Of a stretch of DNA of 64,000 nucleotides, positions 17,335 to 29,207 are shown piece by piece; position 1 is the stretch's first letter, and each line of letters begins with the position of its first letter. The notes under the pieces are model-generated. The model was not told where the DNA came from. It worked only from the letters and a program-made list of their open reading frames with translations, and ran no database searches. The stretch comes from the human T2T-CHM13v2.0 reference genome, Homo sapiens: the NCBI RefSeq assembly GCF_009914755.1, contig NC_060933.1; one strand, written 5' to 3'. The position numbers and the translations under genes were made by a program.

Positions 17335-17861
17335 CCACAATTATAGTGAATCCAGTCATGAGTGCTACAGAATGGGCACATAAAACACAAAATATGTTCC
17401 TGGTTTTATTTTTACATCTCTCTTCTACCAACAACCTGTGCTTTCTTTAATACTTCCCTATATTCAGTCATCAATCTTAGAAACCTTGACATGAATTTTG
17501 GTTCCTCCTTCTCCACCCACATATAACACATCACCAAGTCCCAGACTTTCTACTTATAAAATTTCCTATGCAGTGACCATACTCCACATCCCACGCCCAA
17601 GTGTCATTCCCATTGCTACTGGCCTACCTTTCATAATTTCATCCTTACATTATTGCAACTGCTGCCTGTTAGCCCTAAATCCAAGAGCTAATCTAGACTT
17701 TTCATACCTCGTGTTATCTTCAAAAAAGTACAAATGAAATAAGTTAATTTACCCCTTCAAAAATCTTAAAACAACTTCTCAGAAAGTGTGGAATTATTTA
17801 TAGAATATCCAAACTCCTTAGCATGGCATCCAAGACTTTCAATATACACTCTTTCTCAACC

Positions 17862-18198
<337 letters not shown>

Positions 18199-18363
18199 TA
18201 ATTATACACAATGGACTGACCATGTACTGGTCCTTGACCACACTTCTAGAATGCTTTCCTCCTGTTTTATCCAGCAACCTGAGTCTTTCTCACCCTTAAC
18301 GGCTCTTCTTAGACCTTTCTCCAATTTTTCAGTTGGAATTGTTCCTGAATTTTACTTACCCCT

Positions 18364-20527
18364 TGGTATGGTTTGAATGTTTGTGTTTTCTCTGGAATTT
18401 AAGTTGAAACTTAATTTCCAATACAAGATTAGTAAGAGGCAGGGCCATTAGTAGTGATTGGACCATGAGGTTGAATTCATGAGGGTCTAATTACCCTCAT
18501 GAATGAACTTGTGCCTTATAAAAGGGCTCGAGGGAATGAATTCATCTTCTATCCCTTTCGCTGTGTGAGGACACAGCATTTGTTCCCTCTGGAGTATACA
18601 GCAACGAGGCACCATCTTGAAAGCAGAGAGCAGCCCTCATCAGACACAAAACATGCTGGCAACTTGGTCTTGGACTTCCCGGCTGCCAGAACTGTGAGAA
18701 ATAAATTTCTATTATTTATACATTACCCAGTCTCAGGTATTTTGCCATAGCAGCACAAATGGACTAAGACAGAGTTAGGTACTGAAATACCTGAAAATGT
18801 GGAAGTAGCTTTAGAACTGGGTAATGGGTACGTACAGACTGGAAGAATTTGGAGAAGTAGGCTAGAAAAAGCCTATATTGCTGTGAATAGATCATAAAGG
18901 GCAATTCTGGTGAGGGCTCAGAAGAGGTGTGCTCTAGACAGAACCTCAATCTTCTTAGAGATTACCTAAGTGGTCATAATCAGAACATTGGTAGACATAC
19001 AAACAGTAAAGGCCCTTCTGATAAGGTCTTAGATGGAAATGAGGAATATCTTATTGGAAACTGGAAGAAAGATCTTCCTGTTATAAAGTGGCAAAGAACT
19101 TGGCTAAATGGTGCCTGTGTTCTAACACGTTATGTGAGGCAGAACTGAGCAGGGATGAGGTAGGATGCGTGGTGGAAGAAATAACTAAGCAAACAGTTGA
19201 GCACGTTGCATGGCTTTTCTTGACTTCTTATAGTAAAATACTAGAAGACAGAAATGAACTAAAGCCAGAATTTTTTGTCAAAGGGGAAGCAGAACTTAAA
19301 GATTTGAAAAATTCTCAGCCTGACCATATAAAGAATAAAAAAGCATCTTTAGGAGAGGCCACAAAAGGTGTGACCAAGTGCCTATATGATAGAGAGATTA
19401 GTATGAATAGAAAGAAACCAGCTGCTATTTATCAAGACAATGGAAAAATGACCCTGAAGGTATTTTAGACATCAGGCCACCATTCCCATCACAGGTTCAG
19501 AATGCCAGGGCCTTGAGGACAGAATGGTTTCAAGGGAGGGACCTGTGGGGTCTCTGCCCAGCACTGCCTCAAGTCTCTGCTCCCTGCATTCTGATGCAAT
19601 CCTTGGCCATCCCAGCTGTGGCTCAAGCAGGCCCAGGAACCACTTGAGCCACCACTCTGGAGAACACAAGAAGTAGGCCTTGGCACAAATACCAACTCTG
19701 CCTGTGTGCAGAGTGCAAGAGCTGTGAAAACACAGCTGCCTCCACTTAGATTTCAAGAGATGCCTCAGAAAGCCTCGGGACTCAGGCAGAGAGTTGCCTC
19801 AGGTGCAGGGCTGCTGCAGACAGTACCCACTAGGGCAATGCCCAGCAGAGCCATGGGGTCAGGGCCACCCCAGAGACCACCAATGTGCAACGCCATCCAG
19901 GAAAGCCTCAGGCACCTGACGCCAACCTCTGACAGCTGTTGCCTGGGCTGTACCCAGAAAAGCCATAAAGGTGGAATTGCCTGGGGCCTTGGGGGCCCAA
20001 TCCTAGCCTCAGCATGTCCAGAAGGCAGGACACAGAGTCAAAGAAGATTATTCACAAGCCTCAAGACTTAATATTGTTTGCCCTGTTGAGTTTTGGATCC
20101 TTTCTTCTTTCCTATTTCTCCCTCTTGGAAGAGGAATGTCTATCCTATACCTGTCCCACCATTGTATTTTAGAAGCATATAACTTGTTTGATTTTATTGT
20201 GCTCACAGCTCGAGGGGAAATTTGTTTCAGGATGAATTGTACCTAAAGTCTCACCCATACCTGATTTAGTACATAAATATGTACTAAATGAGATGTTAGA
20301 CTTTATTTTTTTGCATTGATGCTGAAATGAGTTAAGACTTTGGGGGCTGTTGAGATGGAATTAGTATATTTTGTATGGGAGAAGAACATAAATTGTGGCG
20401 GGGGCGGGGGGGTGCCGGGGTAGAATGTTATGGCTTATTTATGTATAAATTTATTTATGGAAATAAATTTCTATTATTTCTAAATTAGTCATTTATCCCG
20501 TTATAGCAGATTAAACAAACTTAGACA
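18364..20527 (+). mobile_element. Near-complete MaLR (MST/MLT1A-type): 5'LTR 18364-18771, internal region, internally deleted 3'LTR 20426-20527
   Basis: LTR termini tggtatgg...taagaca; typical MaLR-int start (aatacctgaaaatgtggaagtagctttagaactgggtaatggg); G-rich PPT before 20426; near-TSD cccct/tccct. Confidence 0.85.
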
Positions 20528-21175
20528 TCCCTCAACTAGCATACTTATTCTAATGTTTTGTATTGTTAGTTTACAAATGAGTCTCTCTCCCAGACTGAAA
20601 GTTCCATGAGGCCAGCATTACAATATGGTGTAAACCACATGGAATTTGACAGTACAGTTATAGTCCTGAGTATACCACTTACTAGCAGCTATTTAACCTT
20701 GAACAAGTTACTTAACCTTTTAGTGTCAATTTTCTTATTAGTAAGTTAAGCATAATACAACCTCACAGAGCTGTTATAAGGATCAAATATTACTATGTAG
20801 GTAAAATGTCTGGCACATAGTAGGTGCCCAATAAATACTACATTCGTCTCTGTATCTCCACAACATCTAGCACAATTTTTTTTGTAGGTAGGAGGCACTT
20901 TATTAATGTTTGCAAACTGAGTAAGTCATGTCCTGTTTGAGATTTTAAGTCTTAAAACTACACTTACAGGTTGGTATCATGCTAGAGGGTAAGGAGGACT
21001 TGCCAAACAGCTTTTATTATAACATTTCTTTTATAATAATCCATCATTGGTTGTGGAAAAGCTATTAATTACTGTCTGAAAATGGTGCTTTGCCTGGCAT
21101 CATGGGTCTTTTCCACAGCCTGCTCCATGAACTTTTTCTATCTTGGTTGCCATGACTGTCATCAAATAAAGTCTC

Positions 21176-21528
21176 TGATATGAACTGAATGTGTCTTCCA
21201 ACAAGCATATGTTGGAAACTTCATCACCAATGCAACAGTGTTTAGAGGAGGGGCCCAATGGTGTTTAGGTCATGAGAGCTCCACCCTCATGAATGGGTTA
21301 ATGATCATTATAAAAGGGCTTGAGGCTGCAAGTTCAAGCTCTTGCTCTCTTCTCATCCACATGATGTTTTCCTCTGTATTATGATGTCATAAGAAGGCCC
21401 TCACAAGATGTAGTTCATTGATCTTGGACTTCCCAGCCTCCAGAACCATGAGCCAAATAAATTTCTATTGTTTACAAATTACCCAGTCTGTAGTACTCTG
21501 TTGTAGCAGTACAAAATGGACTAAGACA
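21176..21528 (+). mobile_element. MST-type MaLR solo LTR (same family as 8162-8490)
   Basis: tgatatg...ggactaagaca. Confidence 0.85.
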
Positions 21529-23790
21529 GCTTCACTCACTCAACTTGCTTTTGAAAAACATTTCCAACTCTATTCTACTTGGTAGACAGCTTTATAGACC
21601 TTAAGCCTTAAGAGATCTTAATCCAGGAGAGAGTAATATTAGAAGAAAAAGGGAGAATAAAAATAAGGATAGATGAGAGATGCAGAAAGAGGACCAGAAA
21701 ACGAGGAAAGAATGGAAGAAGGTGACACAAAAGCACATGGGTGAAGTGGAAGGGAGAAATGAAACATGCCCAGAGGAGAGAACAGGTACCTGGGGGGTGC
21801 ATATTTACCACAAGTCAGAGAAGAAAGTGGGTGGGCAAAACTAACAGTGTAAGTAGTTCCTGGGGGTGAGAAATAGCACTGGATAGTTTCAAGGGAAGAT
21901 GCAAAAGAAAGAGCTAGCAGAAATCAAAGAATCAGGGCAGAGAAAGGATTAAGAACCCATTCCCACAAGAAAGTCAGATACCAGCTGGTGGAGTATTATA
22001 TTGTGAGCCTGAATATGAAGACCAAGGCCAGGTTTTGTCATTTTGTGTACTGATTTATCACTTCATATTCTGATTCCTTATAAGTCTGTAGCCATAAGCA
22101 GGCTGGAGGGACACGGGGGAAGGCAGCAAGCAAGAGCCCAGCAATTGATTTGAGCACTAGTTTTCTACTGTTTGCCTGGGATTGGGTGTTTAATAATGCT
22201 TTTGTTACAATCAGATTTCAGTACATTGAGAACACTTTATTTCTCAATGGAGTTTGTTAAAATGGGACTTTTCTCACCCACAGAATAATAATTGTTTGAA
22301 CATGCATAAATATGTAAAGACATATCAACTTAGGCCATCATAAAGCATGTTAAAAAAATGTGCCCACCGGAAGACCTCCTCCTCTTTCGGCTTTGGAGCC
22401 CCCCCCGCTCTGTTTCTGTATGGGGGAGCTTCTTCCTTCTGTCTTCTCCCTTCCTTCTTGCCTATTAAATGCTCCACTCCTTAAAACCACTCCACGTGTG
22501 TCCGTGTCGTTTTATCTAAACCGGCATGAGGGCCAAGACCCTTGGTGTTCCTTCACTCATCGAAGCCATATCACTTTGGTGCATTGAGGTACAGGAATCT
22601 GAGGTACAGCCTTCCTTCATCAGAGTGGCGACTGTGGGAGCAAGCTTAAAATCTGTTCTGTCATTCCGAGGCACTCTTCGCCTCTATATTAAAATAAATC
22701 AAATAACTCAACAGGCATCCATCAACCTAGTATATACGCTTATTGTTGGCTGCCGTACTCAAGTCTCGGATATAAGGCTTGCTGGGGAGAACTTGGAGAA
22801 CCCCCCATTACCCACAGGTATTGGGAATGTTGGTCATGCTTGAAGTAGCTTCTTTTCACTGGTGACCTTGCCATCACGTGAGGCTGGGAAAAGTTCTGAG
22901 GCAACTGAGAATTTCTGGCCAGGTGTGATTCAAAGGCCTCTGGACCGGACACAGCCTCCAACAGCCCATTCTGGGTGTTGGCAGAGAACCTCAACTATCC
23001 TGTTGCAAAACTCTTCTTCCCTTTCTGTCCGCAGCCTCTTACTCTTTCTCTGCATGAAATGTGCAAAGATTTTTACAGTCTAGGAACAAGGTTACAGCGA
23101 GGTTACTTGATACCACTTCTCTGGCGAGCACATGGTATTTCTAAGCCACCTGGTAGAAATCAGGCTCTAGGCCTCTTCTGTGAATGGAAAGTTTCTGCTT
23201 TTAACAATTAAGAGTAAAACGTCTTCTGCAGCCAAATTTTAATCTCGATATTGTCCCACTGGCAGGAAAATGGCCATTTGGTTCCTACATTCCTTTAAGG
23301 CACCTATTTTGTCTCCTATTAAGACAGTACTTAATTAGGAAGGGTATTTTAATTCTGGAAGTTAACCAGAACCATTTTTCTATGGGTAAATGCTTTAGCC
23401 TGGGCTATAATAGCAGGATACAGAGTTCAATCTAGCTTGCTCCCTCCCTTAAAGGGGCCTTGCCCAATTACATGATTTTTCTTGGAATCTATTTTTTGGA
23501 AGGCACACAGGCCACGCAAGTCTAGGAGGTCAAAGGGAAATAAAAGGCAGAGAACTGATTGCTTGGGGACAGAGTGACTAAGGCCCAAAACTCAGTTCCT
23601 CTGGCGCCATGACTCGGAGGGTCACGGCTGCAAGTCATGTGCGGCACATTTAAGCGGGTGCCGGGAATCCAAGAGCGACGGACAGAGAATAGCTGGGGGG
23701 ACGCCCTCTACTGTTTTCATCTCCATCCTGGATCACATACCGAAAGGAAGGAGACGAAAACGACGCTTTTATTCTCACTTCTCTTTCTAG

Positions 23791-24100
23791 ATGGGTAACA
23801 GATTGTCTTCAACATGCACTCCCCTGGAACATATTTTGAAGCACTGGGACTCCTTCGACCTTGAAACTTTGAAGAAAAAGTGGTTTATTTTCTTTTGCAG
23901 CCATACTGGGCAGGCCCAGGGAAAACAGTTTCCCAAAATTAAAAAGGTAACTTTCAGGGAAGTCATCTGAGGGTCCCCCTTATTTGGGGCCCCTTCAAGT
24001 TCCCTTCTCATTGCAGGACCTTAGGCAAGTAAAGGCAGACTTAGGCCGATTTTCTAACTACCCTAATAGGTATATAGAAGCTTTCCAAAATGTAACTTAG
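23791..24100 (+). pseudogene. Degraded retroviral gag remnant (matrix N-terminus and capsid piece)
   Basis: Manual translation MGNRLSSTCTPLEHILKHWDSFDLETLKKKWFIFFC and DLRQVKADLGRFSNYPNRYIEAFQNVT*, resembling HERV-W/ERV9-type Gag; disrupted. Confidence 0.75.
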
Positions 24101-24844
24101 GTATCTGACCGCACACAGAGTTGGCAAACCCTCACTGCAGCTAAAACAGGCAGCTCTGCACGCAGAAGAGAATTTTGGAGATAAGCAACATGTCTCCTAT
24201 AGTAGGCTAAAAGGGAAGAGAAAAAATAGGGAAGGCAAAGAAACAGGGGAAACACAATTCCCAATAGGAAGAGAGGCAATACCTCTTAACAACCCTAATT
24301 GAATTCCTTTCTACAATGCTTTTCCTTCTTTTGCAGTTTAAAATGGCTTCTATCTCTTTTATAATGTTCTTCCAACCTGGGAAAAACTAATTTTCCAAAC
24401 CTTAAAATGCTTGATGTAGAGTTGAGCTAGCGGGGAGGGAACCCAGAAGCCTGATGCCTGATATGCTGGCAAAAGGGTAAAAATTTCTCACCAGTTGGGC
24501 TTTTGGCTTCTCTCCCTGTGCAAACCTGAAAAAGGGGTAATAAGGATCACTGCTTATGTTCTCAGTAAATGTATAATTAATAAAAAAAGGATTTGTAAGG
24601 TTGGTCTTAAGCTGTAAACAATCTTGTATGCTTTGCGTGTCTTTCTGTATGGATCTACCGAAGAAAGGGTATCTTAGGTTAGGATGCAGGCCCAGGACCC
24701 CATAGGCCTGCTGTTCCAGCCAGCCCAGCAGAACGGTCAGTAACAAACTTGGCTATGGGCCTCCAACTTGTTTCATGTCCTTAGGAACATAATCGGTAAC
24801 CATGTGGCAATACTTTGTTTTAGTCTCTGCCATTTTACCGTGGT

Positions 24845-25273
24845 GGCTGTCTTCTTGTGCTAAGTCAGTGCCTGGGTAAGGGCCACAAAATCAAATAAGC
24901 CAGTTTGTCACTCTGGGTGGTGCCAGCCGATCCATCAAGGGCAGGGTTTATAAAATATCTTAAGCACTGATCTTAAGAGTGGTTTAGGGAGGGTCAAAAT
25001 CTTGTAGCCTCCAGCTGCATGGCTCCTGGGCCATGGTTTCTAATCTTGTGGCTAGTTTCTTGGTCTTCCCCAGGCAAGAGGGAAGTATATCTTGGGAAGC
25101 GGCTGTTATCATCTTTGTTTTAGACTACAGCCTATAAACCAGGCTCCTTCCAAAGTCGGTTCAGCCTACACCCAGGGATGGTCGAGGAGAGCTTAGGGGC
25201 TAAAAATAAAATGGAGTTGTTTGGGTCGGATCTCTTTCACTGTCTCAGTCCCAATTTTGTAATGGTAGTTTCA
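24845..25273 (-). mobile_element. LTR8-like LTR 5' fragment nested inside the ERV
   Basis: Minus strand begins tgaaactaccattacaaaattgggactgagacagtgaaagagatc, like the LTR8 start; truncated near gacttagcacaagaagacagc. Confidence 0.7.
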
Positions 25274-28219
25274 AAAGCTGCCTATCACTCCTTTGAAAAT
25301 ACCTTGCACACTCATGGTTAAGTCATAACCTAATTAAGGCTCATTGATTTCATCTGTGAGGTTACTTTTTTGTAACATTCAAAAGCTGAAAATCTTTACT
25401 GCTTGGTGTAGCTAAAGTCAAGTAACAAGGGATTTAAAAGGATTTTCTTAAAGAGTGCTCAGCTTAATTAAGAGTGGATATTCAAGTTAGAGGTATATTT
25501 AAAAGGCCTTTATGTTTTTCTTTTTTTGGATGTTGTTTTTCTGGAAAAAGGCTCTTTTCTTCTCAGTCAACTGAGTTATTTTTCTCCATTTTTTGTCTTA
25601 CCACTCTTAATGCATGCCTGAAAGGCTCTAAGATAACTTCTGGTAGCATGGGACTCCTTGGGAAAAACAGAGGAGGTGCCACAGACCCCGTTTTGTGGGG
25701 CAGTTGGGGGGGATCCTCTGTTTTCCTCATAAAACCCCAGGAATTAAAAGGAAATTATCCCTCTCAAAATCAAAGGCTCTGTTCTGTTTTGCATTGTGTT
25801 ATCTGATGGTTTTGAGTTTTGGGAGTATCAGAAATTACTTCGCATTATGAGAGAGCTTTGGTGAGTAATAACTAGGTAGAAAATACACTGTAAGAGATGG
25901 CTAATAGTAGTTATGAATCAGAGAAGCACGCTCTGAGCCACCTGGAAAATAAGGCAACATCTCCACCCCACACTGAGGGATGAGACTCCCATCAGGGATG
26001 GGCTGATTACAAAATAAGCCAATTGGCTTTGGGTTGCCTTGAAATGAAGTGCATGGTAGAAGCACTACACCGTCTTCTCCCATGGTATCTATATGGTCTT
26101 TTCTTAAATTAAGCATTGAAATAAAAGCATAGCAAGAAGGTCTTAAGACACTACTCTGTCCTTTAGTAAAAGGGTTACAAAAGGTTTGTAAAAATTTCAC
26201 CTCATGGTCAAATTGATAAAGATAAAATGGAATAATCTATAACGTTTCACTTGAACAAATAAACTAATGCAAGGGTAAAATTTAGCTTTAAACCGAATTT
26301 TCATGTCATAGTAAAGACTAATAAAATGTTTTTGCCTTTTGAGTCATCATTTTGGCAAAATAATTTATGGCAATCTGGAAATTATCCTTCCTGATGCCTG
26401 GCTTTTTGAATGGTTCAGAGGGCCCCTGAAACATTCAGAAAAGAGGTAAACAGGATTATCTGACATATTTAGTCACATGAGATTGCCAAAATGATGTCCA
26501 ATCTTTTTTAAGTTATATTTTGGTGAACACTAATATATGTTCAAAAATTGTATGGGTTTTCTAAAATTCTAATGCCTAAGTATGTGCTATCAATCATAAT
26601 TAAGGGTAAAGTTATTGTAAACCACGAAGATAAATAAAGTTCTTTGCCAGTCATGTTTTTAACTGTTAACTATCCTGGGAATGTTGCCATTCACAGACAA
26701 TTGTTGTCTTGCTTTGTTCCTTCTCAAAAGATGGTTTATAATCAAGCTATATTAAGGACTTTAACAGGTGTTCTCAAATGCAGGTTTGTAATAGCTTTGA
26801 AGATTGTAACACTGAAATAGAGGGAGAATCTACAGGACTCCTAAGAAACTGACATGTTCACAAATATCAAGCAAAACAAAATTTAACTAAGTGGACTGCA
26901 CTCAGAAAGTTAAAGCAAACTTTTTAACTTTCGCTTGGAATATTGCTGATCCTTGTTTAGTTTTTCAGAGTCAAGGAAACTTATTTTAAACTATTTACAG
27001 CCTTTAATAATTGAGTAAGGTATACTCCTGTAAACAAAATTTGGAGCATGTTCATTTTTCTCCGCCTGATTCCTCTAGAATTTGGAGACTATCTGTAAGT
27101 ACTCTTATGGCAATACAGTTGTTTGCATCAGTGCAATAAGAATCAATTTTTCTTTGTCAACAGGACACAGTTGGAAAACTGGTTATCTTATCAAGGCTTT
27201 GACTGAAGGGGTGTGTCTCCCTTTAAGGAATCAAGCTCGACATGTACAGCCAATTAAAGCCCCTTAGGGAGAACTGGCCTACCACCTTGTCTATACAGTT
27301 CCTAACCTGTGGTCAGTGAAGAATGTCACTTTCTAATAGGTCTGGAAGCTATGAGTTTATCTTGGGACCTCAAGAGGAAAGGATCACCCAACTCACAGGT
27401 ATTAGAGGATACAAACCCATGGCTGGGCTCGGCTTTAAAAGTCTTACCTGAAATTCCTTGTGAAACAGCGTTTCATCAAAGCCAATCCAAAAGGCCTATG
27501 TAAAAATAACCATTCTTGCTGCACTTTATGCAAATAATCAGGCCAACTATAAGACTAAAGTTTACTGATAATTACTTTTTACCAAAAGTGAAGACTGAAG
27601 AGAAAAATTTTGCTCCAAAACTTATCATACATTTGTCATTAAATCCTAGTCTCTTGTTTTTCAGCTTTTTGCCTACGTTTTAGACGAACCCTGCTTATTC
27701 CTGTGAATCAACTGGTGATCTGCAGCTTGGAAAAAAGAAAAAAGGGACGGGTAACGTCAAAATGTGAATCAATATGCTAGTTCTGGGCAATTATCTTGCA
27801 ACTTCTGCCGGGTAATGAAAAGTGAGTAAGGTGCCCATAACTCTGAGCTTTCTTTGTTTGGGAAAATAAAACCAAGGAACTTCATAGACCCCCAAAGGGG
27901 AGTTCTCTATCTTGGCAAGTAAAATTTTAGATGGAAATTATCTACCACACCACACTTGTGGGAATTGCTGTCCTCACTCTACTATTTGCAATAGGGTTAT
28001 ACACGGTAGCACCTTCAAACTAAAATATTGGACAGAGAGTTTTCATTGCTGTAGTATTTTGCTTAATTATTATCCTTATAACTGGGATAATAGTTACTGA
28101 CAAAAAGAAAGCGTAAAAGTTTTACTGTCACTAAGTCTGCTAGGATTTTTTATTGGATTTAGTGATGCACTTTTAAATGAAACATGCTGCTTTTGGATTA
28201 ACACCTAGTAAAGGAAAGG

Positions 28220-28536
28220 AAAATCTACAGGTACTTAAAAATCAAATCAAAATTATTAACAGGCTCAGGGAAAATGCCGGCTTCAGCCCTGGGCGGCTAC
28301 AATCCCTCTTTAATAAATTCCAGTCTTCTTTCTGGAATTGGTTAACCCCTTTATTAAGCCCTCTCTTGCTTATATGTCTTGAATTGATATTTGGACGTTG
28401 TATATTCAGTACTATGACTCAAATTGTTTCTTCTCGCCTAAAAGCAATCAAACTCCAAATGGTGCTGCAAACTGAACCGCATGTGGACATGCCATTCTTC
28501 CGAGGACCCTTAAATCAATCCCAGGAGGAGCCCTAA
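28220..28536 (+). pseudogene. Gamma-type env remnant (TM anchor and cytoplasmic tail)
   Basis: ORF 28177..28536: ...FWNWLTPLLSPLLLICLELIFGRCIF...VSSRLKAIKLQMVLQ...RGPL, just upstream of the PPT. Confidence 0.8.
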
Positions 28537-28641
28537 CTGCTGTTCCCCATTCAACGCCCCTTTTAAGTAGGAAGTAGCCAGAAAGAGTCTTCGCCCAAAA
28601 CCCCCTAACTGCAGTTAGTGTGATATTGCCGCAGGGAGGAA

Positions 28642-29207
28642 TGTGGTAGGAGTTATTAAGAAAAAGAAATTATTTTATGCAGATAGAGAGGAAAAGGGGT
28701 CCTTGGGTAGTTTTCGTCTTTTAAAGCATATCCGGAAAAGTTTCTTGTAAAGCCCCAGCTCTTAGTCAGGTGGGCAACCTTTGATATGCAAATGCCGGCC
28801 ATTAGAAACTGGGTCCACCCAACATGGCGATTCCCTTGGCCTTCTTGCCCTTGGCCCATATGCTCCTGGCAACATGGCCGCCCCCACATATCCCCACATG
28901 TGTAGAAATCAGGGTGCCCACATTTGCATATTAAAAGGCTAGGGTGGGAGGACCAGCTTTTTCGCGGGCTACATGAATGACATGCCTGGTCAAACCTATT
29001 CCCTGAGCCCTATGCAAATCAGACACCACCTCCTCCAGCCTCTGCATATATACCTGGCTGGTGTCCACCATACTTGGGGACCTCCTCTTTCAGCTTTAGA
29101 GCCCCATTCCCACCTCTGTCTCTGTACAGGGGAGCCTCTTCCTTCTGTCTTCTCCCTTCCTTCTTGCCCCGTCTTGTATATTAAACTCTCTCCACTCCTT
29201 AAAACCA
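28642..29207 (+). promoter_or_regulatory. ERV 3' U3-R with octamer cluster, YY1-like motif, TATA and ATTAAA
   Basis: ATGCAAAT 28786-28793 and 29012-29019; ATTTGCAT 28922-28929; AACATGGCG 28821-28829; TATATA 29047-29052; ATTAAA 29180-29185. Activity not demonstrable from sequence. Confidence 0.6.

Noticed and set aside
18927-20071. ORFs of 73-126 aa
   Set aside because: Fragments of the decayed MaLR internal region.
28177-28536. 119-aa env-like ORF as a possible co-opted syncytin-like gene
   Set aside because: Only the TM anchor and tail remain; no signal peptide, SU, furin site or fusion peptide.
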